From Auanema rhodensis (lineage: Eukaryota; Animalia; Nematoda): DNA of 64,000 bases. The position numbers and the translations under genes are program-made. Of the stretch, positions 39,801 through 52,984 are shown one piece after another. Location of the stretch: positions 2,728,001 through 2,792,000 of the forward strand of contig OZ059894.1 of NCBI GenBank assembly GCA_964057225.1. The letters run 5' to 3'. Under the pieces are notes generated by a model, which worked only from the letters and a program-made list of their open reading frames with translations, did not search any database and was not told where the DNA came from. The stretch's first letter is position 1, and the number at the start of each line of letters is the position of its first letter.

Positions 39801-42107
39801 AAATCGAGGATATAAGTGTGAACTTATATCAGTTGATATCTCGGTGCATTTTTAAGCTAGCGCAAATCTGATAACACAGATCGATGCAGCTTAAAAATCC
39901 GCATCGAATGCACTATACTACATTGAGAAACGCTTAATACAAAAATTAGTTATGATCGTTTGAAAAATGATGCATTAGTGTATATTGAGTTTCCATGTAC
40001 AATCAACATTGCTTCCAAAAACATTTTGACAAAAATTTTTTCGAAAAATTTCAAAATAATTTAGCAAAAAGTAGATGTTTTTAGATTTCTTTTTTCAAGG
40101 CAAAGACGATGGACATTGTTATTCAACGAAAAAATTAATTCTTCAGGGTGAAAATCGAGGATATAAGTGTGAACTTATATCAGTTGATATCTCGGTGCAT
40201 TTTTAAGCTAGCGCAAATCTGATAACACAGATCGATGCAGCTTAAAAATCCGCATCGAATGCACTATACTACATTGAGAAACGCTTAATACAAAAATTAG
40301 TTATGATCGTTTGAAAAATGATGCATTAGTGTATGTTGAGTTTCCATGTACACTCAACATTGCTTCCAAAAACATTTAGACAAAAATTTTTTCGAAAAAT
40401 TTCAAAATAATTTAGCAAAAAGTAGATGTTTTTAGATTCCTTTTTTCAAGGCAAAGACGATGGACATTGTTATTCAACGAAAAAATTAATTCTTTAGGGT
40501 GAAAATCGAGGATATAAGTGTGAACTTATATCAGTTGATATCTCGGTGCATTTTTAAGCTAGCGCAAATCTGATAAAACAGATCGACGCAGCTTAAAAAT
40601 CCGCATCGAATGCACTATACTACATTGAGAAACGCTTAATACAAAAATTAGTTATGATCGTTTGAAAAATGATGCATTAGTGTATGTTGAGTTTCCATGT
40701 ACACTCAACATTGCTTCCAAAAACATTTTGACAAAAATTTTTTCGAAAAATTTCGAAATAATTTAGCAAAAAGTAGATGTTTTTAGATTTCTTTTTTCAA
40801 GGCAAAGACGATGGACATTGTTATTCAACGAAAAAATTAATTCTTCAGGGTGAAAATCGAGGATATAAGTGTGAACTTATATCAGTTGATATCTCGGTGC
40901 ATTTTTAAGCTAGCGCAAATCTGATAACACAGATCGATGCAGCTTAAAAATCCGCATCGAATGCACTATACTACATTGAGAAACGCTTAATACAAAAATT
41001 AGTTATGATCGTTTGAAAAATGATGCATTAGTGTATGTTGAGTTTCCATGTACACTCAACATTGCTTCCAAAAACATTTAGACAAAAATTTTTTCGAAAA
41101 ATTTCAAAATAATTTAGCAAAAAGTAGATGTTTTTAGATTCCTTTTTTCAAGGCAAAGACGATGGACATTGTTATTCAACGAAAAAATTAATTCTTCAGG
41201 GTGAAAATCGAGGATATAAGTGTGAACTTATATCAGTTGATATCTCGGTGCATTTTTAAGCTAGCGCAAATCTGATAACACAGATCGATGCAGCTTAAAA
41301 ATCCGCATCGAATGCACTATACTACATTGAGAAACGCTTAATACAAAAATTAGTTATGATCGTTTGAAAAATGATGCATTAGTGTATATTGAGTTTCCAT
41401 GTACAATCAACATTGCTTCCAAAAACATTTTGACAAAAATTTTTTCGAAAAATTTCAAAATAATTTAGCAAAAAGTAGATGTTTTTAGATTTCTTTTTTC
41501 AAGGCAAAGACGATGGACATTGTTATTCAACGAAAAATCTAATTCTTCAGGGTGAAAATCGAGGATATAAGTGTGAACTTATATCAGTTGATATCTCGGT
41601 GCATTTTTAAGCTAGCGCAAATCTGATAACACAGATCGATGCAGCTTAAAAATCCGCATCGAATGCACTATACTACATTGAGAAACGCTTAATACAAAAA
41701 TTAGTTATGATCGTTTGAAAAATGATGCATTAGTGTATGTTGAGTTTCCATGTACACTCAACATTGCTTCCAAAAACATTTAGACAAAAATTTTTTCGAA
41801 AAATTTCAAAATAATTTAGCAGAAAGTAGATGTTTTTAGATTCCTTTTTTCAAGGCAAAGACGATGGACATTGTTATTCAACGAAAAAATTAATTCTTTA
41901 GGGTGAAAATCGAGGATATAAGTGTGAACTTATATCAGTTGATATCTCGGTGCATTTTTAAGCTAGCGCAAATCTGATAACACAGATCGATGCAGCTTAA
42001 AAATCCGCATCGAATGCACTATACTACATTGAGAAACGCTTAATACAAAAATTAGTTATGATCGTTTGAAAAATGATGCATTAGTGTATGTTGAGTTTCC
42101 ATGTACA
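36843..42107. repeat. 8-mer higher-order repeat (2808 bp) built from two diverged 4-mers (1404 bp)
   Basis: The gtatAttgag allele occurs at 37176, 38580, 39984 and 41388 (1404 spacing). aaaaaTCtaa occurs at 38730 and 41538, and gcaGaaag at 39014 and 41822 (2808 spacing). Confidence 0.9.
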
Positions 42108-45100
42108 CTCAACATTGCTTCCAAAAACATTTTGACAAAAATTTTTTCGAAAAATTTCGAAATAATTTAGCAAAAAGTAGATGTTTTTAGATTCCTTTTT
42201 TCAAGGCGAAGACGATGGACATTGTTATTCAACGAAAAAATTAATTCTTCAGGGTGAAAATCGAGGATATAAGTGTGAACTTATATCAGTTGATATCTCG
42301 GTGCATTTTTAAGCTAGCGCAAATCTGATAAAACAGATCGACGCAGCTTAAAAATCCGCATCGAATGCACTATACTACATTGAGAAACGCTTAATACAAA
42401 AATTAGTTATGATCGTTTGAAAAATGATGCATTAGTGTATGTTGAGTTTCCATGTACACTAAACATTGCTTCCAAAAACATTTTGACAAAAATTTTTTCG
42501 AAAAATTTCAAAATAATTTAGCAAAAAGTAGATGTTTTTAGATTTCTTTTTCAAGGCAAAGACGATGGACATTGTTATTCAACGAAAAAATTAATTCTTC
42601 AGGGTGAAAATCGAGGATATAAGTGTGAACATATATCAGTTGATATCTCGGTGCATTTTTAAGCTAGCGCAAATCTGATAACACAGATCGACGCAGCTTA
42701 AAAATCTGCATCGAATGCACTATACTACATTGAGAAACGCTTAATACAAAAATTAGTTATGATCGTTTGAAAAATGATGCATTAGTGTATGTTGAGTTTC
42801 CATGTACACTAAACATTGCTTCCAAAAACATTTTGACAAAAATTTTTTCGAAAAATTTCAAAATAATTTAGCAAAAAGTAGATGTTTTTAGATTTCTTTT
42901 TCAAGGCAAAGACGATGGACATTGTTATTCAACGAAAAAATTAATTCTTCAGGGTGAAAATCGAGGATATAAGTGTGAACATATATCAGTTGATATCTCG
43001 GTGCATTTTTAAGCTAGCGCAAATCTGATAACACAGATCGACGCAGCTTAAAAATCTGCATCGAATGCACTATACTACATTGAGAAACGCTTAATACAAA
43101 AATTAGTTATGATCGTTTGAAAAATGATGCATTAGTGTATGTTGAGTTTCCATGTACACTCAACATTGCTTCCAAAAACATTTTGACAATAATTTTTTCG
43201 AAAAATTTCAAAATAATTTAGCAAAAAGTAGATGTTTTTAGATTTCTTTTTTCAAGGCAAAGACGATGGACATTGTTATTCAACGAAAAAATTAATTCTT
43301 CAGGGTGAAAATCGAGGATATAAGTGTGAACTTATATCAGTTGATATCTCGGTGCATTTTTAAGCTAGCGCAAATCTGATAACACAGATCGATGCAGCTT
43401 AAAAATCCGCATCGAATGCACTATACTACATTGAGAAACGCTTAATACAAAAATTAGTTATGATCGTTTGAAAAATGATGCATTAGTGTATGTTGAGTTT
43501 CCATGTACACTCAACATTGCTTCCAAAAACATTTAGACAAAAATTTTTTCGAAAAATTTCAAAATAATTTAGCAAAAAGTAGATGTTTTTAGATTCCTTT
43601 TTTCAAGGCAAAGACGATGGACATTGTTATTCAACGAAAAAATTAATTCTTTAGGGTGAAAATCGAGGATATAAGTGTGAACTTATATCAGTTGATATCT
43701 CGGTGCATTTTTAAGCTAGCGCAAATCTGATAAAACAGATCGACGCAGCTTAAAAATCCGCATCGAATGCACTATACTACATTGAGAAACGCTTAATACA
43801 AAAATTAGTTATGATCGTTTGAAAAATGATGCATTAGTGTATGTTGAGTTTCCATGTACACTCAACATTGCTTCCAAAAACATTTTGACAAAAATTTTTT
43901 CGAAAAATTTCGAAATAATTTAGCAAAAAGTAGATGTTTTTAGATTCCTTTTTTCAAGGCGAAGACGATGGACATTGTTATTCAACGAAAAAATTAATTC
44001 TTCAGGGTGAAAATCGAGGATATAAGTGTGAACTTATATCAGTTGATATCTCGGTGCATTTTTAAGCTAGCGCAAATCTGATAAAACAGATCGACGCAGC
44101 TTAAAAATCCGCATCGAATGCACTATACTACATTGAGAAACGCTTAATACAAAAATTAGTTATGATCGTTTGAAAAATGATGCATTAGTGTATGTTGAGT
44201 TTCCATGTACACTAAACATTGCTTCCAAAAACATTTTGACAAAAATTTTTTCGAAAAATTTCAAAATAATTTAGCAAAAAGTAGATGTTTTTAGATTTCT
44301 TTTTCAAGGCAAAGACGATGGACATTGTTATTCAACGAAAAAATTAATTCTTCAGGGTGAAAATCGAGGATATAAGTGTGAACATATATCAGTTGATATC
44401 TCGGTGCATTTTTAAGCTAGCGCAAATCTGATAACACAGATCGATGCAGCTTAAAAATCCGCATCGAATGCACTATACTACATTGAGAAACGCTTAATAC
44501 AAAAATTAGTTATGATCGTTTGAAAAATGATGCATTAGTGTATGTTGAGTTTCCATGTACAATCAACATTGCTTCCAAAAACATTTAGACAAAATTTTTT
44601 CGAAAAATTTCAAAATAATTTAGCAAAAAGTAGATGTTTTTAGATTCCTTTTTTCAAGGCAAAGACGATGGACATTGTTATTCAACGAAAAAATTAATTC
44701 TTTAGGGTGAAAATCGAGGATATAAGTGTGAACTTATATCAGTTGATATCTCGGTGCATTTTTAAGCTAGCGCAAATCTGATAACACAGATCGATGCAGC
44801 TTAAAAATCCGCATCGAATGCACTATACTACATTGAGAAACGCTTAATACAAAAATTAGTTATGATCGTTTGAAAAATGATGCATTAGTGTATGTTGAGT
44901 TTCCATGTACACTCAACATTGCTTCCAAAAACATTTAGACAAAAATTTTTTCGAAAAATTTCAAAATAATTTAGCAAAAAGTAGATGTTTTTAGATTTCT
45001 TTTTTCAAGGCAAAGACGATGGACATTGTTATTCAACGAAAAAATTAATTCTTCAGGGTGAAAATCGAGGATATAAGTGTGAACATATATCAGTTGATAT

Positions 45101-48100
45101 CTCGGTGCATTTTTAAGCTAGCGCAAATCTGATAACACAGATCGATGCAGCTTAAAAATCCGCATCGAATGCACTATACTACATTGAGAAACGCTTAATA
45201 CAAAAATTAGTTATGATCGTTTGAAAAATGATGCATTAGTGTATGTTGAGTTTCCATGTACAATCAACATTGCTTCCAAAAACATTTAGACAAAAATTTT
45301 TTCGAAAAATTTCAAAATAATTTAGCAAAAAGTAGATGTTTTTAGATTCCTTTTTTCAAGGCAAAGACGATGGACATTGTTATTCAACGAAAAAATTAAT
45401 TCTTTAGGGTGAAAATCGAGGATATAAGTGTGAACTTATATCAGTTGATATCTCGGTGCATTTTTAAGCTAGCGCAAATCTGATAAAACAGATCGACGCA
45501 GCTTAAAAATCCGCATCGAATGCACTATACTACATTGAGAAACGCTTAATACAAAAATTAGTTATGATCGTTTGAAAAATGATGCATTAGTGTATGTTGA
45601 GTTTCCATGTACACTCAACATTGCTTCCAAAAACATTTTGACAAAAATTTTTTCGAAAAATTTCAAAATAATTTAGCAAAAAGTAGATGTTTTTAGATTT
45701 CTTTTTTCAAGGCAAAGACGATGGACATTGTTATTCAACGAAAAAATTAATTCTTTAGGGTGAAAATCGAGGATATAAGTGTGAACTTATATCAGTTGAT
45801 ATCTCGGTGCATTTTTAAGCTAGCGCAAATCTGATAACACAGATCGATGCAGCTTAAAAACCCGCATCGAATGCACTATACTACATTGAGAAACGCTTAA
45901 TACAAAAATTAGTTATGATCGTTTGAAAAATGATGCATTAGTGTATGTTGAGTTTCCATGTACACTCAACATTGCTTCCAAAAACATTTTGACAAAAATT
46001 TTTTCGAAAAATTTCGAAATAATTTAGCAAAAAGTAGATGTTTTTAGATTCCTTTTTTCAAGGCGAAGACGATGGACATTGTTATTCAACGAAAAAATTA
46101 ATTCTTCAGGGTGAAAATCGAGGATATAAGTGTGAACTTATATCAGTTGATATATCGGTGCATTTTTAAGCTAGCGCAAATCTGATAAAACAGATCGACG
46201 CAGCTTAAAAATCCGCATCGAATGCACTATACTACATTGAAAAACGCTTAATACAAAAATTAGTTATGATCGTTTGAAAAATGATGCATTAGTGTATGTT
46301 GAGTTTCCATGTACACTCAACATTGCTTCCAAAAACATTTTGACAAAAATTTTTTCGAAAAATTTCAAAATAATTTAGCAAAAAGTAGATGTTTTTAGAT
46401 TTCTTTTTTCAAGGCAAAGACGATGGACATTGTTATTCAACGAAAAAATTAATTCTTCAGGGTGAAAATCGAGGATATAAGTGTGAACTTATATCAGTTG
46501 ATATCTCGGTGCATTTTTAAGCTAGCGCAAATCTGATAACACAGATCGATGCAGCTTAAAAATCCGCATCTAATGCACTATACTACATTGAGAAACGCTT
46601 AATACAAAAATTAGTTATGATCGTTTGAAAAATGATGCATTAGTGTATGTTGAGTTTCCATGTACACTCAACATTGCTTCCAAAAACATTTAGACAAAAA
46701 TTTTTTCGAAAAATTTCAAAATAATTTAGCAAAAAGTAGATGTTTTTAGATTCCTTTTTTCAAGGCAAAGACGATGGACATTGTTATTCAACGAAAAAAT
46801 TAATTCTTCAGGGTGAAAATCGAGGATATAAGTGTGAACTTATATCAGTTGATATCTCGGTGCATTTTTAAGCTAGCGCAAATCTGATAACACAGATCGA
46901 TGCAGCTTAAAAATCCGCATCGAATGCACTATACTACATTGAGAAACGCTTAATACAAAAATTAGTTATGATCGTTTGAAAAATGATGCATTAGTGTATG
47001 TTGAGTTTCCATGTACAATCAACATTGCTTCCAAAAACATTTAGACAAAAATTTTTTCGAAAAATTTCAAAATAATTTAGCAAAAAGTAGATGTTTTTAG
47101 ATTCCTTTTTTCAAGGCAAAGACGATGGACATTGTTATTCAACGAAAAAATTAATTCTTTAGGGTGAAAATCGAGGATATAAGTGTGAACTTATATCAGT
47201 TGATATCTCGGTGCATTTTTAAGCTAGCGCAAATCTGATAAAACAGATCGACGCAGCTTAAAAATCCGCATCGAATGCACTATACTACATTGAGAAACGC
47301 TTAATACAAAAATTAGTTATGATCGTTTGAAAAATGATGCATTAGTGTATGTTGAGTTTCCATGTACACTCAACATTGCTTCCAAAAACATTTTGACAAA
47401 AATTTTTTCGAAAAATTTCAAAATAATTTAGCAAAAAGTAGATGTTTTTAGATTTCTTTTTTCAAGGCAAAGACGATGGACATTGTTATTCAACGAAAAA
47501 ATTAATTCTTCAGGGTGAAAATCGAGGATATAAGTGTGAACTTATATCAGTTGATATCTCGGTGCATCTTTAAACTAGCGCAAATCTGATAACACAGATC
47601 GATGCAGCTTAAAAACCCGCATCGAATGCACTATACTACATTGAGAAACGCTTAATACAAAAATTAGTTATGATCGTTTGAAAAATGATGCATTAGTGTA
47701 TGTTGAGTTTCCATGTACACTCAACATTGCTTCCAAAAACATTTTGACAAAAATTTTTTCGAAAAATTTCGAAATAATTTAGCAAAAAGTAGATGTTTTT
47801 AGATTCCTTTTTTCAAGGCGAAGACGATGGACATTGTTATTCAACGAAAAAATTAATTCTTCAGGGTGAAAATCGAGGATATAAGTGTGAACTTATATCA
47901 GTTGATATATCGGTGCATTTTTAAGCTAGCGCAAATCTGATAAAACAGATCGACGCAGCTTAAAAATCCGCATCGAATGCACTATACTACATTGAGAAAC
48001 GCTTAATACAAAAATTAGTTATGATCGTTTGAAAAATGATGCATTAGTGTATGTTGAGTTTCCATGTACACTCAACATTGCTTCCAAAAACATTTTGACA

Positions 48101-49474
48101 AAAATTTTTTCGAAAAATTTCAAAATAATTTAGCAAAAAGTAGATGTTTTTAGATACCTTTTTTTAAGGTAAAGACGATGGACTTTGTTATTCAACGAAA
48201 AAATTAATTCTTCAGGGTGAAAATCGAGGATATAAGTGTGAACTTATATCAGTTGATATCTCGGTGCATTTTTAAGCTAGCGCAAATCTGATAACACAGA
48301 TCGATGCAGCTTAAAAATCCGCATCGAATGCACTATACTACATTGAGAAACGCTTAATACAAAAATTAGTTATGATCGTTTGAAAAATGATGCATTAGTG
48401 TATGTTGAGTTTCCATGTACACTCAACATTGCTTCCAAAAACATTTAGACAAAAATTTTTTCGAAAAATTTCGAAATAATTTAGCAAAAAGTAGATGTTT
48501 TTAGATTCCTTTTTTCAAGGCGAAGACGATGGACATTGTTATTCAACGAAAAAATTAATTCTTCAGGGTGAAAATAGAGGATATAAGTGTGAACATATAT
48601 CAGTTGATATCTCGGTGCATTTTTAAGCTAGCGCAAATCTGATAACACAGATCGACGCAGCTTAAAAATCTGCATCGAATGCACTATACTACATGGAGAA
48701 ACGCTTAATACAAAAATTAGTTATGATCGTTTGAAAAATGATGCATTAGTGTATGTTGAGTTTCCATGTACACTCAACATTGCTTCCAAAAACATTTTGA
48801 CAAAAATTTTTTCGAAAAATTTCAAAATAATTTAGCAAAAAGTAGATGTTTTTAGATTCCTTTTTTCAAGGCAAAGACGATGGACAATGTTATTCAACGA
48901 AAAAATTAATTCTTCAGGGTGAAAATCGAGGATATAAGTGTGAACTTATATCAGTTGATATCTCGGTGCATTTTTAAGCTAGCGCAAATCTGATAACACA
49001 GATCGACGCAGCTTAAAAATCTGCATCGAATGCACTATACTACATTGAGAAACGCTTAATACAAAAATTAGTTATGATCGTTTGAAAAATGATGCATTAG
49101 TGTATGTTGAGTTTCCATGTACACTCAACATTGCTTCCAAAAACATTTTGACAAAAATTTTTTCGAAAAATTTCGAAATAATTTAGCAAAAAGTAGATGT
49201 TTTTAGATTTCTTTTTTCAAGGCAAAGACGATGGACATTGTTATTCAACGAAAAAATTAATTCTTCAGGGTGAAAATCGAGGATATAAGTGTGAACTTAT
49301 ATCAGTTGATATCTCGGTGCATTTTTAAGCTAGCGCAAATCTGATAACACAGATCGATGCAGCTTAAAAATCCGCATCGAATGCACTATACTACATTGAG
49401 AAACGCTTAATACAAAAATTAGTTATGATCGTTTGAAAAATGATGCATTAGTGTATGTTGAGTTTCCATGTACA

Positions 49475-52282
49475 ATCAACATTGCTTCCAAAAACATTTT
49501 GACAAAAATTTTTTCGAAAAATTTCAAAATAATTTAGCAAAAAGTAGATGTTTTTAGATTCCTTTTTTCAAGGCGAAGACGATGGACATTGTTATTCAAC
49601 GAAAAAATTAATTCTTCAGGGTGAAAATCGAGGATATAAGTGTGAACATATATCAGTTGATATCTCGGTGCATTTTTAAGCTAGCGCAAATCTGATAACA
49701 CAGATCGACGCAGCTTAAAAATCTGCATCGAATGCACTATACTACATGGAGAAACGCTTAATACAAAAATTAGTTATGATCGTTTGAAAAATGATGCATT
49801 AGTGTATGTTGAGTTTCCATGTACACTCAACATTGCTTCCAAAAACATTTTGACAAAAATTTTTTCGAAAAATTTCGAAATAATTTAGCAAAAAGTAGAT
49901 GTTTTTAGATTCCTTTTTTCAAGGCGAAGACGATGGACATTGTTATTCAACGAAAAAATTAATTCTTCAGGGTGAAAATCGAGGATATAAGTGTGAACTT
50001 ATATCAGTTGATATCTCGGTGCATTTTTAAGCTAGCGCAAATCTGATAACACAGATCGATGCAGCTTAAAAATCCGCATCGAATGCACTATACTACATTG
50101 AGAAACGCTTAATACAAAAATTAGTTATGATCGTTTGAAAAATGATGCATTAGTGTATGTTGAGTTTCCATGTACAATCAACATTGCTTCCAAAAACATT
50201 TTGACAAAAATTTTTTCGAAAAATTTCAAAATAATTTAGCAAAAAGTAGATGTTTTTAGATTTCTTTTTTTAAGGCAAAGACGATGGACATTGTTATTCA
50301 ACGAAAAAATTAATTCTTCAGGGTGAAAATCGAGGATATAAGTGTGAACTTATATCAGTTGATATCTCGGTGCATTTTTAAGCTAGCGCAAATCTGATAA
50401 CACAGATCGATGCAGCTTAAAAATCCGCATCGAATGCACTATACTACATGGAGAAACGCTTAATACAAAAATTAGTTATGATCGTTTGAAAAATGATGCA
50501 TTAGTGTATGTTGAGTTTCCATGTACACTCAACATTGCTTCCAAAAACATTTTGACAAAAATTTTTTCGAAAAATTTCGAAATAATTTAGCAAAAAGTAG
50601 ATGTTTTTAGATTCCTTTTTTCAAGGCGAAGACGATGGACATTGTTATTCAACGAAAAAATTAATTCTTCAGGGTGAAAATCGAGGATATAAGTGTGAAC
50701 TTATATCAGTTGATATCTCGGTGCATTTTTAAGCTAGCGCAAATCTGATAACACAGATCGATGCAGCTTAAAAATCCGCATCGAATGCACTATACTACAT
50801 TGAGAAACGCTTAATACAAAAATTAGTTATGATCGTTTGAAAAATGATGCATTAGTGTATGTTGAGTTTCCATGTACACTCAACATTGCTTCCAAAAACA
50901 TTTTGACAAAAATTTTTTCGAAAAATTTCAAAATAATTTAGCAAAAAGTAGATGTTTTTAGATTCCTTTTTTCAAGGCAAAGACGATGGACATTGTTATT
51001 CAACGAAAAAATTAATTCTTCAGGGTGAAAATCGAGGATATAAGTGTGAACATATATCAGTTGATATCTCGGTGCATTTTTAAGCTAGCGCAAATCTGAT
51101 AACACAGATCGACGCAGCTTAAAAATCTGCATCGAATGCACTATACTACATGGAGAAACGCTTAATACAAAAATTAGTTATGATCGTTTGAAAAATGATG
51201 CATTAGTGTATGTTGAGTTTCCATGTACACTCAACATTGCTTCCAAAAACATTTTGACAAAAATTTTTTCGAAAAATTTCGAAATAATTTAGCAAAAAGT
51301 AGATGTTTTTAGATTCCTTTTTTCAAGGCGAAGACGATGGACATTGTTATTCAACGAAAAAATTAATTCTTCAGGGTGAAAATCGAGGATATAAGTGTGA
51401 ACTTATATCAGTTGATATCTCGGTGCATTTTTAAGCTAGCGCAAATCTGATAACACAGATCGATGCAGCTTAAAAATCCGCATCGAATGCACTATACTAC
51501 ATTGAGAAACGCTTAATACAAAAATTAGTTATGATCGTTTGAAAAATGATGCATTAGTGTATGTTGAGTTTCCATGTACAATCAACATTGCTTCCAAAAA
51601 CATTTTGACAAAAATTTTTTCGAAAAATTTCAAAATAATTTAGCAAAAAGTAGATGTTTTTAGATTTCTTTTTTTAAGGCAAAGACGATGGACATTGTTA
51701 TTCAACGAAAAAATTAATTCTTCAGGGTGAAAATCGAGGATATAAGTGTGAACTTATATCAGTTGATATCTCGGTGCATTTTTAAGCTAGCGCAAATCTG
51801 ATAACACAGATCGATGCAGCTTAAAAATCCGCATCGAATGCACTATACTACATGGAGAAACGCTTAATACAAAAATTAGTTATGATCGTTTGAAAAATGA
51901 TGCATTAGTGTATGTTGAGTTTCCATGTACACTCAACATTGCTTCCAAAAACATTTTGACAAAAATTTTTTCGAAAAATTTCGAAATAATTTAGCAAAAA
52001 GTAGATGTTTTTAGATTCCTTTTTTCAAGGCGAAGACGATGGACATTGTTATTCAACGAAAAAATTAATTCTTCAGGGTGAAAATCGAGGATATAAGTGT
52101 GAACTTATATCAGTTGATATCTCGGTGCATTTTTAAGCTAGCGCAAATCTGATAACACAGATCGATGCAGCTTAAAAATCCGCATCGAATGCACTATACT
52201 ACATTGAGAAACGCTTAATACAAAAATTAGTTATGATCGTTTGAAAAATGATGCATTAGTGTATGTTGAGTTTCCATGTACA
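49475..52282. repeat. 4-mer higher-order duplication (1404 bp)
   Basis: The monomer with tttttttaagg + catggag starts at 50177 and 51581, with matching neighbours. Confidence 0.8.
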
Positions 52283-52984
52283 CTCAACATTGCTTCCAAA
52301 AACATTTTGACAAAAATTTTTTCGAAAAATTTCAAAATAATTTAGCAAAAAGTAGATGTTTTTAGATTCCTTTTTTCAAGGCAAAGACGATGGACATTGT
52401 TATTCAACGAAAAAATTAATTCTTCAGGGTGAAAATCGAGGATATAAGTGTGAACTTATATCAGTTGATATCTCGGTGCATTTTTAAGCTAGCGCAAATC
52501 TGATAACACAGATCGATGCAGCTTAAAAATCCGCATCGAATGCACTATACTACATTGAGAAACGCTTAATACAAAAATTAGTTATGATCGTTTGAAAAAT
52601 GATGCATTAGTGTATGTTGAGTTTCCATGTACAATCAACATTGCTTCCAAAAACATTTTGACAAAAATTTTTTCGAAAAATTTCAAAATAATTTAGCAAA
52701 AAGTAGATGTTTTTAGATTTCTTTTTTCAAGGCAAAGACGATGGACATTGTTATTCAACGAAAAAATTAATTCTTCAGGGTGAAAATCGAGGATATAAGT
52801 GTGAACTTATATCAGTTGATATCTCGGTGCATTTTTAAGCTAGCGCAAATCTGATAACACAGATCGATGCAGCTTAAAAATCCGCATCGAATGCACTATA
52901 CTACATTGAGAAACGCTTAATACAAAAATTAGTTATGATCGTTTGAAAAATGATGCATTAGTGTATGTTGAGTTTCCATGTACA

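Noticed and set aside
9430-44600. Isolated 1-bp A-tract deletions near 9437, 17210 and 44591
   Set aside because: These are singletons in homopolymers and cannot be distinguished from sequencing error without reads.
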